DNA of 64,000 nucleotides from Raillietiella orientalis. Lineage: Eukaryota. The notes below the pieces were generated by a model, which did no database searches, was not told where the DNA came from, and worked only from the letters and a program-made list of their open reading frames with translations. The stretch is from NCBI GenBank assembly GCA_036172245.1, contig JAYWIR010000001.1:2790001-2854000 (forward strand), read 5' to 3'. Below, piece after piece: positions 53,087 through 64,000 of this stretch (within the stretch, counting starts at the first letter, position 1; every line of letters begins with the position of its first letter). A program made the position numbers and the translations under genes.

Positions 53087-56000
53087 AGACACCAGAGTTC
53101 AAGTTCAAGAAAACGGAAACCAAGATCAACGGCAGGCATGGAGGAGTATTTTGCTTCCTGATCCACGAGATGAACTCGCCAGAATTCGGCCGCAGACAAT
53201 TCGTTGCCACATTTTTTTTTTCTTTTTTTTTTTTTTTTTCCCCCCCCAGCGTCTCACAGTCCAGAACACATCCTGGCTGCGACAAATCTTTGCTGTGGAT
53301 GTCTTCACGATCAGACAGCCCATAATGTGTATATTCGGGAGCAACTGCCCCGGAACAGAAGTGGGAAGAAACACGGGCTGCAATGTGTTCGATCGTCTCC
53401 ACAGTGTTGCATTTTCTCCTTCTTCATCTTCTTCTTCTTCCCCCTCCCCCCTTCCCCCCGTGTTCCGTACATTTCGCTGCTGAGCAGCTGAATCCACCTC
53501 GGATGTTCCAAAACGTTCTAATCTCGCTTGCTGAAAACAAAACGCTGACTCTGTCGGAGCGAACTTGAAGATTTTTTAATCTTCGAGTGGATAATTGCTT
53601 TTTTTACTATTATTATTAATTCCTTTGGAGCTGTGCGGCTAAGAGCAAGGTACACATCGGGGTGACATGTCTGGAATCTGATGGGGGGGGGGGGGGGGGG
53701 AAGGAAAAAAATCTGCAAGCTTGTAGCATTTTTGATGATATTCCTTACGTGGTGTGGTCCCCCATGTATACTCATGTGAATACGTACATAAAGTAATTGC
53801 ATGTGCAGAATCCGCGCATGCTTTTTTTGAGTGTTTTTCTACGGAAAAAAACGGAAGAAAAAATAAATTGCTGGACTGATGAACCTTTCCCGAATAAAAC
53901 GTTCGCCAAACAGGAGCAGGTTCACCGAGATGTATCTGCTGATTCCTTCTGTTTGAAAGTGCATGAAGCACTGGTCCATATCTTCGGACAAAGGGCAAAA
54001 TTGTTGAATTGAATAATGTTTCCCTGGTAACGGAACCACGTTTCGTAATTTATACTGTCATCCTTCTCCTGCACGGCAAGAGGATCACTTTCCTTTCGGT
54101 CTGCGATCTTTGCCCGGAATGACTTAATTGCTTTTTATTCTCTTCGCGAAGACGAGAGCGCTGCGTGTGCACAGAAAAAAAAACGAATTTTGTGTGAAGA
54201 TGCCCCCCAAAAATTTCCTTTTCGCTTACGAAATTCCTGGCTGTGCCTCGGATTTTCGAGTCATCTTGACTGAGGGTTTCGTGTCGATTGGGGTACGAGA
54301 CTTTGAACGTACGGTCTCCAGGATACGAAGCGCTCATTTAGTGATCTTGAAGATGCTGCTACACCTTCCATATTAACAAAAGGAAAAGAAGAAGAAAAGC
54401 AGCAATCATTCCGGAAGCTTTTAACGAGTTGCGCGTTTTTCTTCTTGGTCGTCCCAGGTAGGTGGAGGTGCAGGGACTCACAGAAATACACACACATCTC
54501 CGAAGCAAATCCAAAAGCACCATTTGCTCTGATCGTGTCTCCTGTTTTTTTTTTTTTTTTTTTTCTCATTTATTTATTTATTTCCATCTTGGAAAATCCG
54601 GTTCAGCTTTGCAAAGGCGAGCAAATTCTGCTTAGTGGTCGAAAAATCTTTTTCCTATTTAAATGGAAGTTCTACTTGATACGCAGGGTGTGTGTATCTT
54701 TTGCTTTGAAGTGAAAACGGGAGAACAGGGTTTCCAGAGCTAAATGGCTTCAGCCATCTCCCCAGGATTCAACACTGGAGCGCACCATTCCCTCTTCGGA
54801 AAGCCATCCGGGAAAATTTTCGTGGAAAGGGGATTCCAAGTCGAATGCGATTGGACGGGTGCGTGCGTGTGACTCGTCATCTGATAGACGCGGCGGAGGA
54901 ACGAGACAGCTAGGAAGAGGAAGACGAAAGTAAAAAGTGAGAAAAAATAAGAAGGGAAACATTCCTTACTCTGTCAGGAAGGGAAGCAACAACAGCATGC
55001 AGATTGTTTCCATTCCAGAATGGCTTCCTGCACTCTAAGAATTCCCTGCAGCCGTTCCGTGATTTGCCCTCTCTCTGTCTTTTCAAGCCCAGTGTCCGGC
55101 TTCCAAGTTTGAGAGAGCTTCCTTCTTGAGTCTGGGAACCGGGGCTGAAAGATGCATGGCTGTATTATATACTAACATATTGTATATTAAGATGGATATC
55201 TCTTTCCATACGTTAAGGTACTGTATATTGAAACGGATATCGTTTTCCGTCTTTTCCTTCGGTTCTAGCATCGTATTTCTCGAACCTTCCCATCGCCCGA
55301 CACTTCTCAGGTGTCTCCCTTCTGCCAGACTTAGCAGCTTTCCTGAGTTTTCTTAAAGCGCTCCGGTTCGTTTCGGAGGAAGCAAAATTGGCCGGTCCTA
55401 CGAGAAACAACAGCGTGATCCATTGCTTTCCTCTTCGTCCATTTGCTCTGGGCAAATTCCCGCTTTCGCCCTGCCAGCAGGCCAGACGATGACGATGAGA
55501 CACCTTGCGTCGTCAGGCGAACTTGAAAACTCCTGTAGAAGAAGGAACAGAGAATTTCATCTCTTCTCGCTTGCTCGTTTGTTTGTATCTTCTGCACTAG
55601 AGGCAGAAACTGCACCAAAAGATAAAATGCTTCATGAGAAAACGATGCCTATTAACTCCTTCCTTCTATCTTGCGTAGGATCGGTGCGTGCGTTGCGCGT
55701 CTGCGCTTTACCCACCCCACCCTCCCCCTCAGCATCAGTTTCACACTGGCCTTTCGGATTTTGCTTTTCGCCTCTTACTGGGAAAACTCCGAACGGCGAA
55801 CAGGAAACGGACAGATCGAATATTGCTGCACTCTGAGAGAAGAGCTGGAGGAAGTGGCATGCTGTAGGGGGGAGCTGCTTTAAGGCTTCGGACTGCGGTT
55901 CCCTCGACGCCCGTGCAGTGCGCAGCAGGAGCTCCATGATCTGCTGTCGCTACGGCAGGAAATCCAAAAGCGATGCAGGCGTCTGTCGACGGACTCTGGT

Positions 56001-57950
56001 TGTCCTCACCTCTTTTGTCTCGCGGATCCACCCAGCAGCAGAACATTCTTCACGTTCGCAAGAGCACGAGTCGCATCTTTTCTTCCAGCGAGTGCTGCAG
56101 GCTTTGCACCCCCATGGGAAGGCATGACGTCATCCGGTAAACACTACTTGCACAGGAAGAAATTTCTCCGCGCTGGTAGCCCGGGTGAAGAGGATTACTC
56201 AGAAACACGATGAAGGGGGAGAGCTGGTGCGTGCGGAACCGGTCAGCACACGTGGGATCGTTACGAGGCTCCTCCAAGACATGGCGCTTAAGGGGGAGGT
56301 GATTCCTCTTCGAGAACTCAACCACAACTCTAGATGCAGGAAATCATCCACGAAAAAGGACACATCTATCAAAAAAAAATACGGAATCTCGGAGGACATG
56401 TGCACTCTTTTTGCGTCCACGAACACTGTACCGGTACTCTCCTTGGTTCCTCTTTCTCCCTTCCGTACCCTGGACGAGGACAGTCGAGCGTTCCCTGACA
56501 GCCAGCGGGCCTCTGATCGGCAAACCGATTTCAAGATGGCGGGGGTGGCGCCGACCTGAAGATCGCAACCGCTTTGATCTCCAGCCCCAGCATGGAGAAT
56601 TGTAATGCAAGAATGGCTTGCAAGATTCCAGGCTGCTCCTGCAAAAGAAGTGTGGGCGAGTGGCTTCCCTCGCATCAGATTTGCTGCAGCGCGACGGCGG
56701 GGAGAGCTCGGTTCAAGGAAAAGTGAGCGCCCGATGTCCATTTTGCCTCGCCTGCGATCACGCGGGAGTCGAGGAACTCTGAACTGGCGATGCCTTCAAA
56801 AAGTGCCTGAGGCAGTGCAATTTTGATTCAGGCTTGATCGGGATGCTCCTCATGGAGGCATGAGAGATGTTTGGGACTCATCTTAGTGCCGTGGGATTGT
56901 GGAACCTGGGAACTAGGAAGTGTTGTAAAAAGAGCTGAAGATCCCTCGAATTCAAGCAGGGCACCCCGGAAAAGAGGTAGCGCATTCCCAGCATCCTGTA
57001 CTTCCGCAAGACGCTGGAAGCATCGATTGGGTCACCGGGCGTGGTGGGCATTCCCTGACGACCAGATGGAGCGGCTGGGCTAACAACTCAGGTGATGGAG
57101 ATCCTTCTTCCTCACGTGGCTGTACCCCCATCAACAGTCACCACATGCCACGGAAAGTGTACAAGACTCGAGAGCCATCCCACGAGAGACTCTTCCATCC
57201 CTTCTCATCCCACTGACGTCTCTCCCATCTCTCGTGCTTCTTTCTTTCTCGAAGACCCCATTCTCGGCAGATTAAAAGGGATGGGCAACGACAATATTCT
57301 GCACAGAGCGAAAAAGTTGAGGGGAAGGACCGTTTCATAGCTGCATGCGCCCTCCAGCGAACGAGACTGGCAGTCGAGGACACAAGCATGCTCACAAGAC
57401 GAGACTCTGAAGGCGGCTGGAAAGGAATTCACATCGAAGCCTTCCCTTGTTGCATGCCTGAAGGTAGAGAAATCCCACGAGGATGCCGTGGCCTATAGGC
57501 CATCCGAAAGCTCCATGAGTGGAGGCAAGCGGACAAATTGGAGGTGGACAAAGTTCCCCAACAGTAGTTCCGGGGGGAGCTTCACTCAGGAACGGAGCTC
57601 ACCAATCGGGTGGAAACCACAGAGCGAGGCGCCGGAAGAGAGCATCTATTTCCAATGAGGTTCCAAGGGAAGAACGAGCTCTTGATTGGTTGGAATCCTC
57701 TCTTCCTCTCACCCACGAAAGGACAACCACTTCTTTTCCTCCATGACGCGATGCTGGACAATCGCAAATCAAGCACACTCGCCTGCCCGGTGATGACTTT
57801 ATGTCCCGACTTTCACCTTCTTCTTTGCTGAAATGGAGAAGGTTGATTGCTTTTGGTGGTGGTTCTGGAGGTTCTGATGTCCTTGCCGAAGTCTCTTTGA
57901 TGATCAGCTAAGGCAGAGAGGAGATGTACTATGAGATTACCTCCGTGTCA
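52400..57950 (-). pseudogene. Near full-length decayed LRR receptor-like kinase (LRR-XI-like)
   Basis: In order on the minus strand: TGQASVLDL (LRRNT, ~57780); LRRs VLDCQSRSLEGA (~57360), DQSGCDLQVGATPAILKSV...WLSGNA (~56490-56580), HLSAPVP (~55140); C-cap FSSGNPVL (~54730); TM-like segment (~54500). Kinase: TARNFVSEKEIFGG (~54225), LPGKHYSIQQF...FQTE (~54000), GKVHQSSNL (~53875), AIIHSKIKKSS (~53585, cf. IIHRDIKSS), ARLERFGTS (~53515, cf. DFG), GAVAPEYTHYGLSDREDIHS...GCVLDCETLG (~53340-53245), RP...FISWIR. Confidence 0.75.
53031..53080 (+). repeat. (AC)25 microsatellite
   Basis: Read directly from the sequence; it lies within the decayed kinase C-lobe region. Confidence 0.97.
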
Positions 57951-58299
57951 GGGAAGTCAACCTTCACCGGTTCTGTTTCATCATCATCATCATTTTTTTG
58001 GTTTTGTTTTAAATAATGTGGGTGTGTCGGGCGAAGAATCCTTAGAAAAATCCACCGAGAAAGAATATTCCCGTTTTCCCTTGGCTGCTGGCGTGCTACC
58101 GAGAAGGGCTCAAAGTGACGAGCACGGTCTTGGAAGGGAGAACTTGACGCGGAGGTGGGAGAATACCTCTGTGCGGAAGCGCGCCGCCGCCAATCACCAC
58201 CGCCGCCGCCGCCATCAAGACGCTAAGGAAATTTCTCTCTCGGAGCATCTCCGGAGTCTTTATTTATATATTTTTTTGCCTGTATTCGTTGCTTTTATG

Positions 58300-61200
58300 C
58301 GTCACTCGTAGAGGCTGCGTCCAGTTTTCGGGTGGAGACACGGCCGGTGAGGGCGACCCACCTACTTTCCTGCTTCGAAAGTTGCTGACCCTGCCTTCTC
58401 CTTCTGCACAGGAGAGAGAGAGAAAGAGAACGGGACGGCCCATGAGGCTTCGCCTCTTCGACCGGAGCCGGTCAAGGCGCAGAGGGAATGTCTGCGACGT
58501 CACGCAGCTGGAAGGATGGGTGGAACCATTGTGCCGGACCAGGAGTCAGGTCCTTGAACTAGCAGCACGAGGAAGGATATCGGCGTGTCCTTTTCGCTCC
58601 CGTCCTCTCCCCTCCCCTTTCCGATACAGAAGTGGCTTCCCTCCGGTCATGGCAGCAGCAGGAGCGTCTTCCGCGCTGCTCGCTGCTGCCCCGTTCGGAG
58701 GGGCTCCCCTCGTAGGGAAACCTTCTATGTAGGTCCAAAACATGGGGATCGCTGCCTCCCCGAGACGAAGTCAAAGGAAAATACGGAGGGATCAGAAGCG
58801 AACCCCGACGTGCAAGTCGGCCAGGAGAGTTGGGTGCAGGGGCGGAAGGCGAAGCGAACCACAAATGGCTGATGCCCTCAAAGGTATCCGATTTCCTCCG
58901 AAGTCTTTCATCCGCTCACTCCGGGACGTTTATTTCACACAAAAGGAAACCATTTCGAAGCGCAGTTCCCCACCGGAGGCAACAAAAATTCAAGGGGAGA
59001 GTGATGCACCGGCACGCAGGTCGGGATAACGAAAAGTTCGGAACGCGGGAGGGGAGAGGGGACAACAAAAAATAAAGTCCGGTGTTGTGGGACTTTGAGT
59101 TCGCTCCGTACGCAACGGGGTCAAAACAGAAAAACACTGGGGAATGGGGAATGAGAAAAAAAATGAAGGAAGGCAAGGGACAAGGGTCACCGGTGTCCGC
59201 CGTTCCTAGTTATCCTCAAACCATTGCTAAACGCCGACGATCTCCTTCTTCACTTCCTCTTGCAGGTGTGGCCACCTTGCAGCCGTCCTCATGTAGGCAG
59301 CTGCCGTCCCGGCGACCTCCCTCCGCTGCGTGGTCGTCTCGAGCATATGGCGGGCCGTGACGATGGCGTGGATGCAATCCGTCGAAAATCCTTCCGCCGT
59401 GAAGAATTGCTGCAGCAAGATGCGGGAGGTGTCCTCCTGGTGAAGAGTCCGCCTCTGCCACAGTTCCTAGAGGGTACCGCAGTCCAAAAGCAGGTGCGGT
59501 GGGATCGACTACGCCGACCAGCACAGTTCGGGGATACAACCCCTGAGGAAACGCGAGTGGAATAATGGAAGAGCAGTACGGCCTGTTTTCAGGAGGGGGA
59601 ACACAGAAGTGTTCAGGAGATGGGGAGAGACTACAAGTTCTTCGTGAGCTACACGCAAGAGTTCACGCCGCCGAAGGAGTCCCGTCGAAACCGGAGGGGA
59701 AAAGGGAGTCTCTCTCGTCTGACCTGGGGAAGTCTTTGACTCAAAACGACCTCGCTCCACTGTCAAACTTCAAACAGGTGTCGAGTCTGGCCTGCTTGGA
59801 CGCTGCAGCTCGGACTTTCGGGTCTACAGAGATCCACAAGTGGGATACGGTAGGCAGAACCGGGGCTGACTGATGAACGGAGGCACCGGATCTAGCTCCG
59901 GACGCAACGCTCGTCAGATCTCAAGGAAGACGATGGTTGCCGCAAGATGCGGAACGATGGCCCTCCCTTTCATGGAGAGGTCACTTCCACGGGCAGTTCA
60001 CTTGACGAAGCAACCGGCAACTCTCAGGCGCCGAGCCCGCGCTTCGCTTCCGGTGCGGAGCTGTTGCTGACTTCCAGCGTTCTCTTCGGAGAACGGAATG
60101 GTCTGCCGGGTTTCTCTGGGAGGAAGGTTGCCATGAAGCAGGCAGGAGTGGAAGAAACTTTCGTAGGGAAGCTTTTGGGGAAGCGATCGTCGCCTGCTTC
60201 AGAGGGGGGTCCTCCGCATCCATCAGAGGATGCCGGCAAGCTCCAGCTGCGTGCTTCCCAGATGAAGCCGTCTCGTTGCCATGCTCAAGAAGCGGACCGA
60301 AGGTGCCGACATGCTACCGATGGCGCATGCCTGCCGTTCTCGGCTCCTGCCACTTGAGAGGGAAGATGTGAGTGTTCTGGAACACTGGGGGTATCGAGGA
60401 ATAGCCAGCGGAGACGAGCGGAGTGCTTTCGGGAACACGGAGGAATCGATCCGGGAATTTCGCGAGTGTCCTGGAAATTCCCTGACTTCACAGCAGAAGA
60501 AACGAAGACGTCCCTCACTCAAGCTCCGTGCAGAACAAGGGAGAGGAACGAATCGGAAGAAACGCCGGCTGCGTGCAGCAGGAAGAGGAAGATCGGCCTC
60601 TTTGGGACTGATCCCATGCAACACGGGGGGTCTTCAGGGGCGTCCTTGGGGATCGGGGACCTGGATCCCCAAGGATCGGGGACTCATCCGGCCACCTCCC
60701 CAGTCGAGTCAAGAGGTGAGTCGAAACCCGCGGCAGACACGAAAGACTCTGCACGAATGCTGAGGACATGGACGCTCAGCACGTTCGGCACCTGGGGGAA
60801 AGACGATGGGGAGGTAGCCAACGAGTGTCAACACGGAGAGGCAGGGAACTGGGAAACGGCCCCGAGACATCCGGCGAACGGGGGAGAAGTGGTCCGTTTT
60901 CTGACGAGGCTGCGCAGCCTCGCGGAAGAGAAAGGTGGACGAGTGGCCGTGGAGGGCGGGGAGAGGAAGGAATCGCATGCGTCCGTCCGGCTCCCAGCGG
61001 ACCCAGTCCGGCTTGTTCCAGGACACCTTCCTGTCCGATCGCCACCGGCCTTCGGGCGTCCCCGGAGTGCTTCTTTGGACGGAGGCAGCCGGAAGGGACT
61101 TCTTTCGGAAAGCCCCCCGGGACTCGGAAATTCCGGTGACCTCTGGTGGCTAAGAGGCGGCAGCCAGACGGAGGGGGCTTGAAGCCGCCGTTAGAGCGAG

Positions 61201-62850
61201 CGGGCGCCACCGCCTCGGTCCGAGACAGAGACGCAACCACCGGAATCCCGGCAGAAGTTCCTTTCTCTTTTGGCAGCGGGCGGAGCCGCCCGATAGGTCA
61301 TGCCTGTGCGGAAGGGCAGCAGACGGCCCTCTTCCCGCTTGCACTCCCCCATCTCCATTCCTCCTCCTCTCCCTCTGAAAGGGAGCCTTGGGACTCCCCC
61401 GTGCCGTGCAGGCCGGCCGACTCGGACCTACCATCCGAGGGAGGGGGAAAACGAGATGTCCGAGAGGGGGGGAAGGAGCGACCAGCACCGGCAACTCCAA
61501 AGCGCTGGTGCAAATCTGGCGGTGCCCTGTAGTACCAGAGTTCTAGGCCTTGCTTGGGAGGGGGAGGGGGAGAGGGGTCTCAAGCGAGAGCGCATCTTCC
61601 TGCTGTTGCCATCTGGGGGATCGCCCTGCCCTCTTCTCCTCCGTCTCCAGCTCCTCCTCCTCCTGCTTTGCCCGGTGAAGGTGAGCAGGAAGACGGGGGG
61701 AGACGGGGAAGGGAGGAGAGGAGGAATACGGGATGTCAGAGGCACTTCCGGAAACTCTTCTCGTTGGTGTACTTCTGGAACCGTCGTCAGAGCTTGGCGC
61801 TCCCGGCGGGCGCGCCGCGGAGCGGAGAGACAGGGGCGGCGAGGAAGAGAATCCTCTCCTGCCACTCCGGGTGCCGCCTCGCGCCGCTACCGCGGCCCCA
61901 GAAGCAACGGCCTTCCTCCCCCCTACCCTGCCCCTCCTCCCGCTCACCCCCGTGGATCGTAACCTGCATCACGAAGAGCCCCCGGGTGCTCGTCTGCTCT
62001 TGCGGCGGAGGTGGCGGCGCGTCATCGGCCGCAGGCGTAGCAGCCGCGACGGCAGCGTTCGCCCGCCCGCCCTCCCAGCCAGTCCGCCGCCTCGGGCGAC
62101 CGGCTGCCGCCGACACTGACAGCAGCGCCGCCTTCGCGCGGTCCCGGGAGGCGCTCGCGAGTGGACGCGGAATGCGGAAGACGGGAGCGCGAGGCGCCCT
62201 GCCGACGACGGCGGCGCGCTCTTCCCCCTTCCGCAGGGACGTCCGGCTCCTCGTCGGACGGCCCTGAGGGACGCGCCCGAAGGGAACAGCCCACACCTCT
62301 CTTCTTTTTTGAGGGTAGGAGGGAGGGATTTCCCCTCTCGGGAAGAAAAGCGGGAGACTGTTGCTTCCCCTCCCCCTGGGGGAGGGTCGGAGAGCCAACC
62401 CTACTCTCCCCTCGCGCCCCTCCGGGGAGAATGCGGCGCGGTTCCGCGCGAGACTCCCCCGCGTCACGCCCGCAGCCTCCGGTCCGGTGCGCGTGGAGAT
62501 GCGCGCCGCCGTCGGCTGGCAGAAAATCATCAGTGCCGCTGCTGGCCTGCGTGCAGCGGCGCGCGCGCAGCCGGTCCCTTCTCCTCCTCCCACGCACGCA
62601 CGCACGCACGCGTACGCGCACACAGCCTTGCTCCCTCGGAGCGCGGCTCCTCGCGTGGCAACCCTGCTTCAGCCGAGGAGGCGCTACCCTCAGGGTTGCC
62701 GCCACCATTCCCGCCGCCTCTGCTGATGGCCGTGATCAGCGCGCGCCGGCTGCTGCTCTCAACGGTGCCACCGTCGGCACCCAACGCAACTCAATCCTTC
62801 GCAGGCATCACGCCCACGCATCCGCTGCCGCCGCGGCGTGGCGTCCTTGC
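58300..62850 (+). pseudogene. Decayed LRR receptor-like kinase with a GC-rich kinase part
   Basis: LRRs: GDPPTFLLRKLLTL (~58350), LQVLRELH (~59630), LSSDLGKSL...SSLACLDAA (~59715-59810); C-cap-like GNSGDLW (~61125); TM-like LLLRLQLLLLLLC followed by KVSRK (~61635). Kinase: SGTVVRA (61774), GETGAARKRIL (61824, cf. GETVAVKRI), DGSV (~62050), REALASGRGM...PFRRDVR (~62145-62246), LAP...EC (~62415), SGPVRVEM (~62480), ALNGATVGTQRNS (~62755). Confidence 0.6.
58960..59200 (+). mobile_element. Diverged second copy of the short element at 12110-12330, opposite orientation
   Basis: CCGGCACGCAGGTCGGGATAACGAAAAGTTCGGAACGCGGGAGGGG...GGGACAACAA aligns by eye to the reverse complement CCGACACGCAGGTCGGTAAACCGAAAGTCCGAAACGGGAGGGAGGGGACCACAAG. 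Downstream AAATGAAG and GACA...GGGTC are also shared. Confidence 0.55.
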
Positions 62851-64000
62851 CGTGTGTGACGCGACGGGGAGGGTTGGCAACGGTGGCAGTCGTCACGAAA
62901 CGTAGTCAGCAGCAATCGGGATGGTGCGGGTGGGGTGCGGACAGCGTGGGGACGCCCCCGCTGCCCACCTCAGGATCGTACCGGCGCTAGTGCCACGCCG
63001 GTTTCGCGGTCCGTGTGGCGCACCGGCGGGGTGGTGTGTGTCTTAGCGTGCCGCTCTGGACACGATCGCAGCATGCACGCTCCCTTGCGGCCGCTGCTAC
63101 CGCCGCCGGCAGTCTTGCAGGTGCCGAGGCCGCGGTCCATTCCGTCTCGGGTGGCCACTGCCACCGGGCTGACAGTCGGTTGCGGCCGTCGCGAGCGCTG
63201 CCACTGATGCCGCCGGTCTCGCCAGTGACGTCACTGGCACCACCGGCTCCTTCAGAGCCCCTCGTGGGCACTCGGACAGACCTTAGTGCTGCTGCTGGTG
63301 ATGGTGGTCTTCCCGCTCCTTCATCACTGAGGCAATTTTCAATTGCCCCCGTCATGAACTTTCCCTGTGCCAGGATCACCAATCCCACCGCTGCCGCGTT
63401 CATCACTACGGCCGCTGCGGCAGCTTCCACTGCTGCTGCTGCTGGCCATGCGTTGTCTTTGATTGCCACCCCCCTCTATTGCGAAAGCGTTGAAGTCACT
63501 TTTACTGGAACCCCTGCTACCACGTTCATTGCCACCCCTACTGCCCTGCTACCACCATGACCACCTCGCCGCCGCTACCGTTACTGCCGTTCCCGTGACT
63601 ATCGTCAGTGAGCCGGGTTTTCCATGAGCGCGCGCCCGGCAGCGGCGCTCGCTGCCTCTTGACCTCGAGCGGCTGCCAAGGGCTCCACCGCACCTCCCGC
63701 GAGCTGGGACCAGCCCTGAGACTGTTGCATGGGTCAGGAGCGGGGGGCTGCCAGGAAGGCAGTGCGCGCCCACGCCTCCCGGTGGTTCGACCTGGATCTG
63801 GGTAGGGGGAGCGGTGGCGGCGCGCGACGGGGCTCGCAGCTAAGGAAGGGCCTGGAAGGAGGAGGAAGTCGAGCATTAGTCTCCCCCCCCCCTCCTGTAA
63901 CCCCCCTCCTTTCCCTCCGCTTCTCTCTGGACGGCGGCCAGTCCCGAGCGAGAGGAGAAGTAGCCGGCGCGCAAGCCGCCGCGAGGGCAGATGAGGGCGC

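Noticed and set aside
56199..56741. DIRS-type RT suggested by FFVDDFL and a nearby TDA motif
   Set aside because: The same frame fits LRR consensus better (DQSGCDLQVGATPAIL...WLSGN) and lies collinearly inside the minus-strand LRR-RLK relic.
59560..60500. Gypsy integrase (RLQVLRELH…)
   Set aside because: No convincing HHCC or DDE residues; an LRR reading is consistent with the flanking LRRs, TM and kinase.
61300..63900. Long overlapping ORFs of 150-278 aa on both strands
   Set aside because: These are expected in very GC-rich DNA, are low complexity and show no coherent domain. LRR-like hints at 63000-63560 appear on both strands and cannot be resolved.
1..64000. Alternative genetic code or stop-codon readthrough explaining the broken ORFs
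   Set aside because: Breaks include frameshifts, all three stop types and loss of catalytic residues (HRD, DFG), so recoding cannot restore proteins.
1..64000. CRISPR array, rRNA, telomeric repeat or prokaryotic operon
   Set aside because: No regularly spaced repeats, rRNA motifs, telomere arrays or dense intact ORFs were seen.

Overview
This is eukaryotic DNA, most likely from a streptophyte plant (inferred from plant-type LRR and RLK/Pelle motifs). I found no intact, recognisable protein-coding gene, and the supplied ORFs are short and mostly spurious. Reading across stops and frameshifts, most of the window resolves into two kinds of heavily decayed material. The first is about eight relics of LRR receptor-like kinase or receptor-like protein genes on both strands; four of them still show kinase subdomains in the correct order. 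The second is several decayed Ty3/Gypsy internal regions, plus a possible Copia fragment, lying between or inside those relics. Against this background a few crisp features stand out: a perfect 55-bp palindrome inside an LRR repeat, a 221-bp hairpin-rich insert with an exact 14-bp flanking duplication and a diverged second copy 47 kb away, a stem-loop between a head-to-head receptor pair, a microsatellite/homopolymer hot zone, and a strong GC rise at the right end. All pseudogene and TE calls come from manual motif reading, so boundaries are approximate (hundreds of bp) and need HMM or tBLASTn confirmation. I found no CRISPR array, rRNA or clear tRNA, and I cannot support a claim of a new functional system; the candidate ideas are marked as hypotheses.
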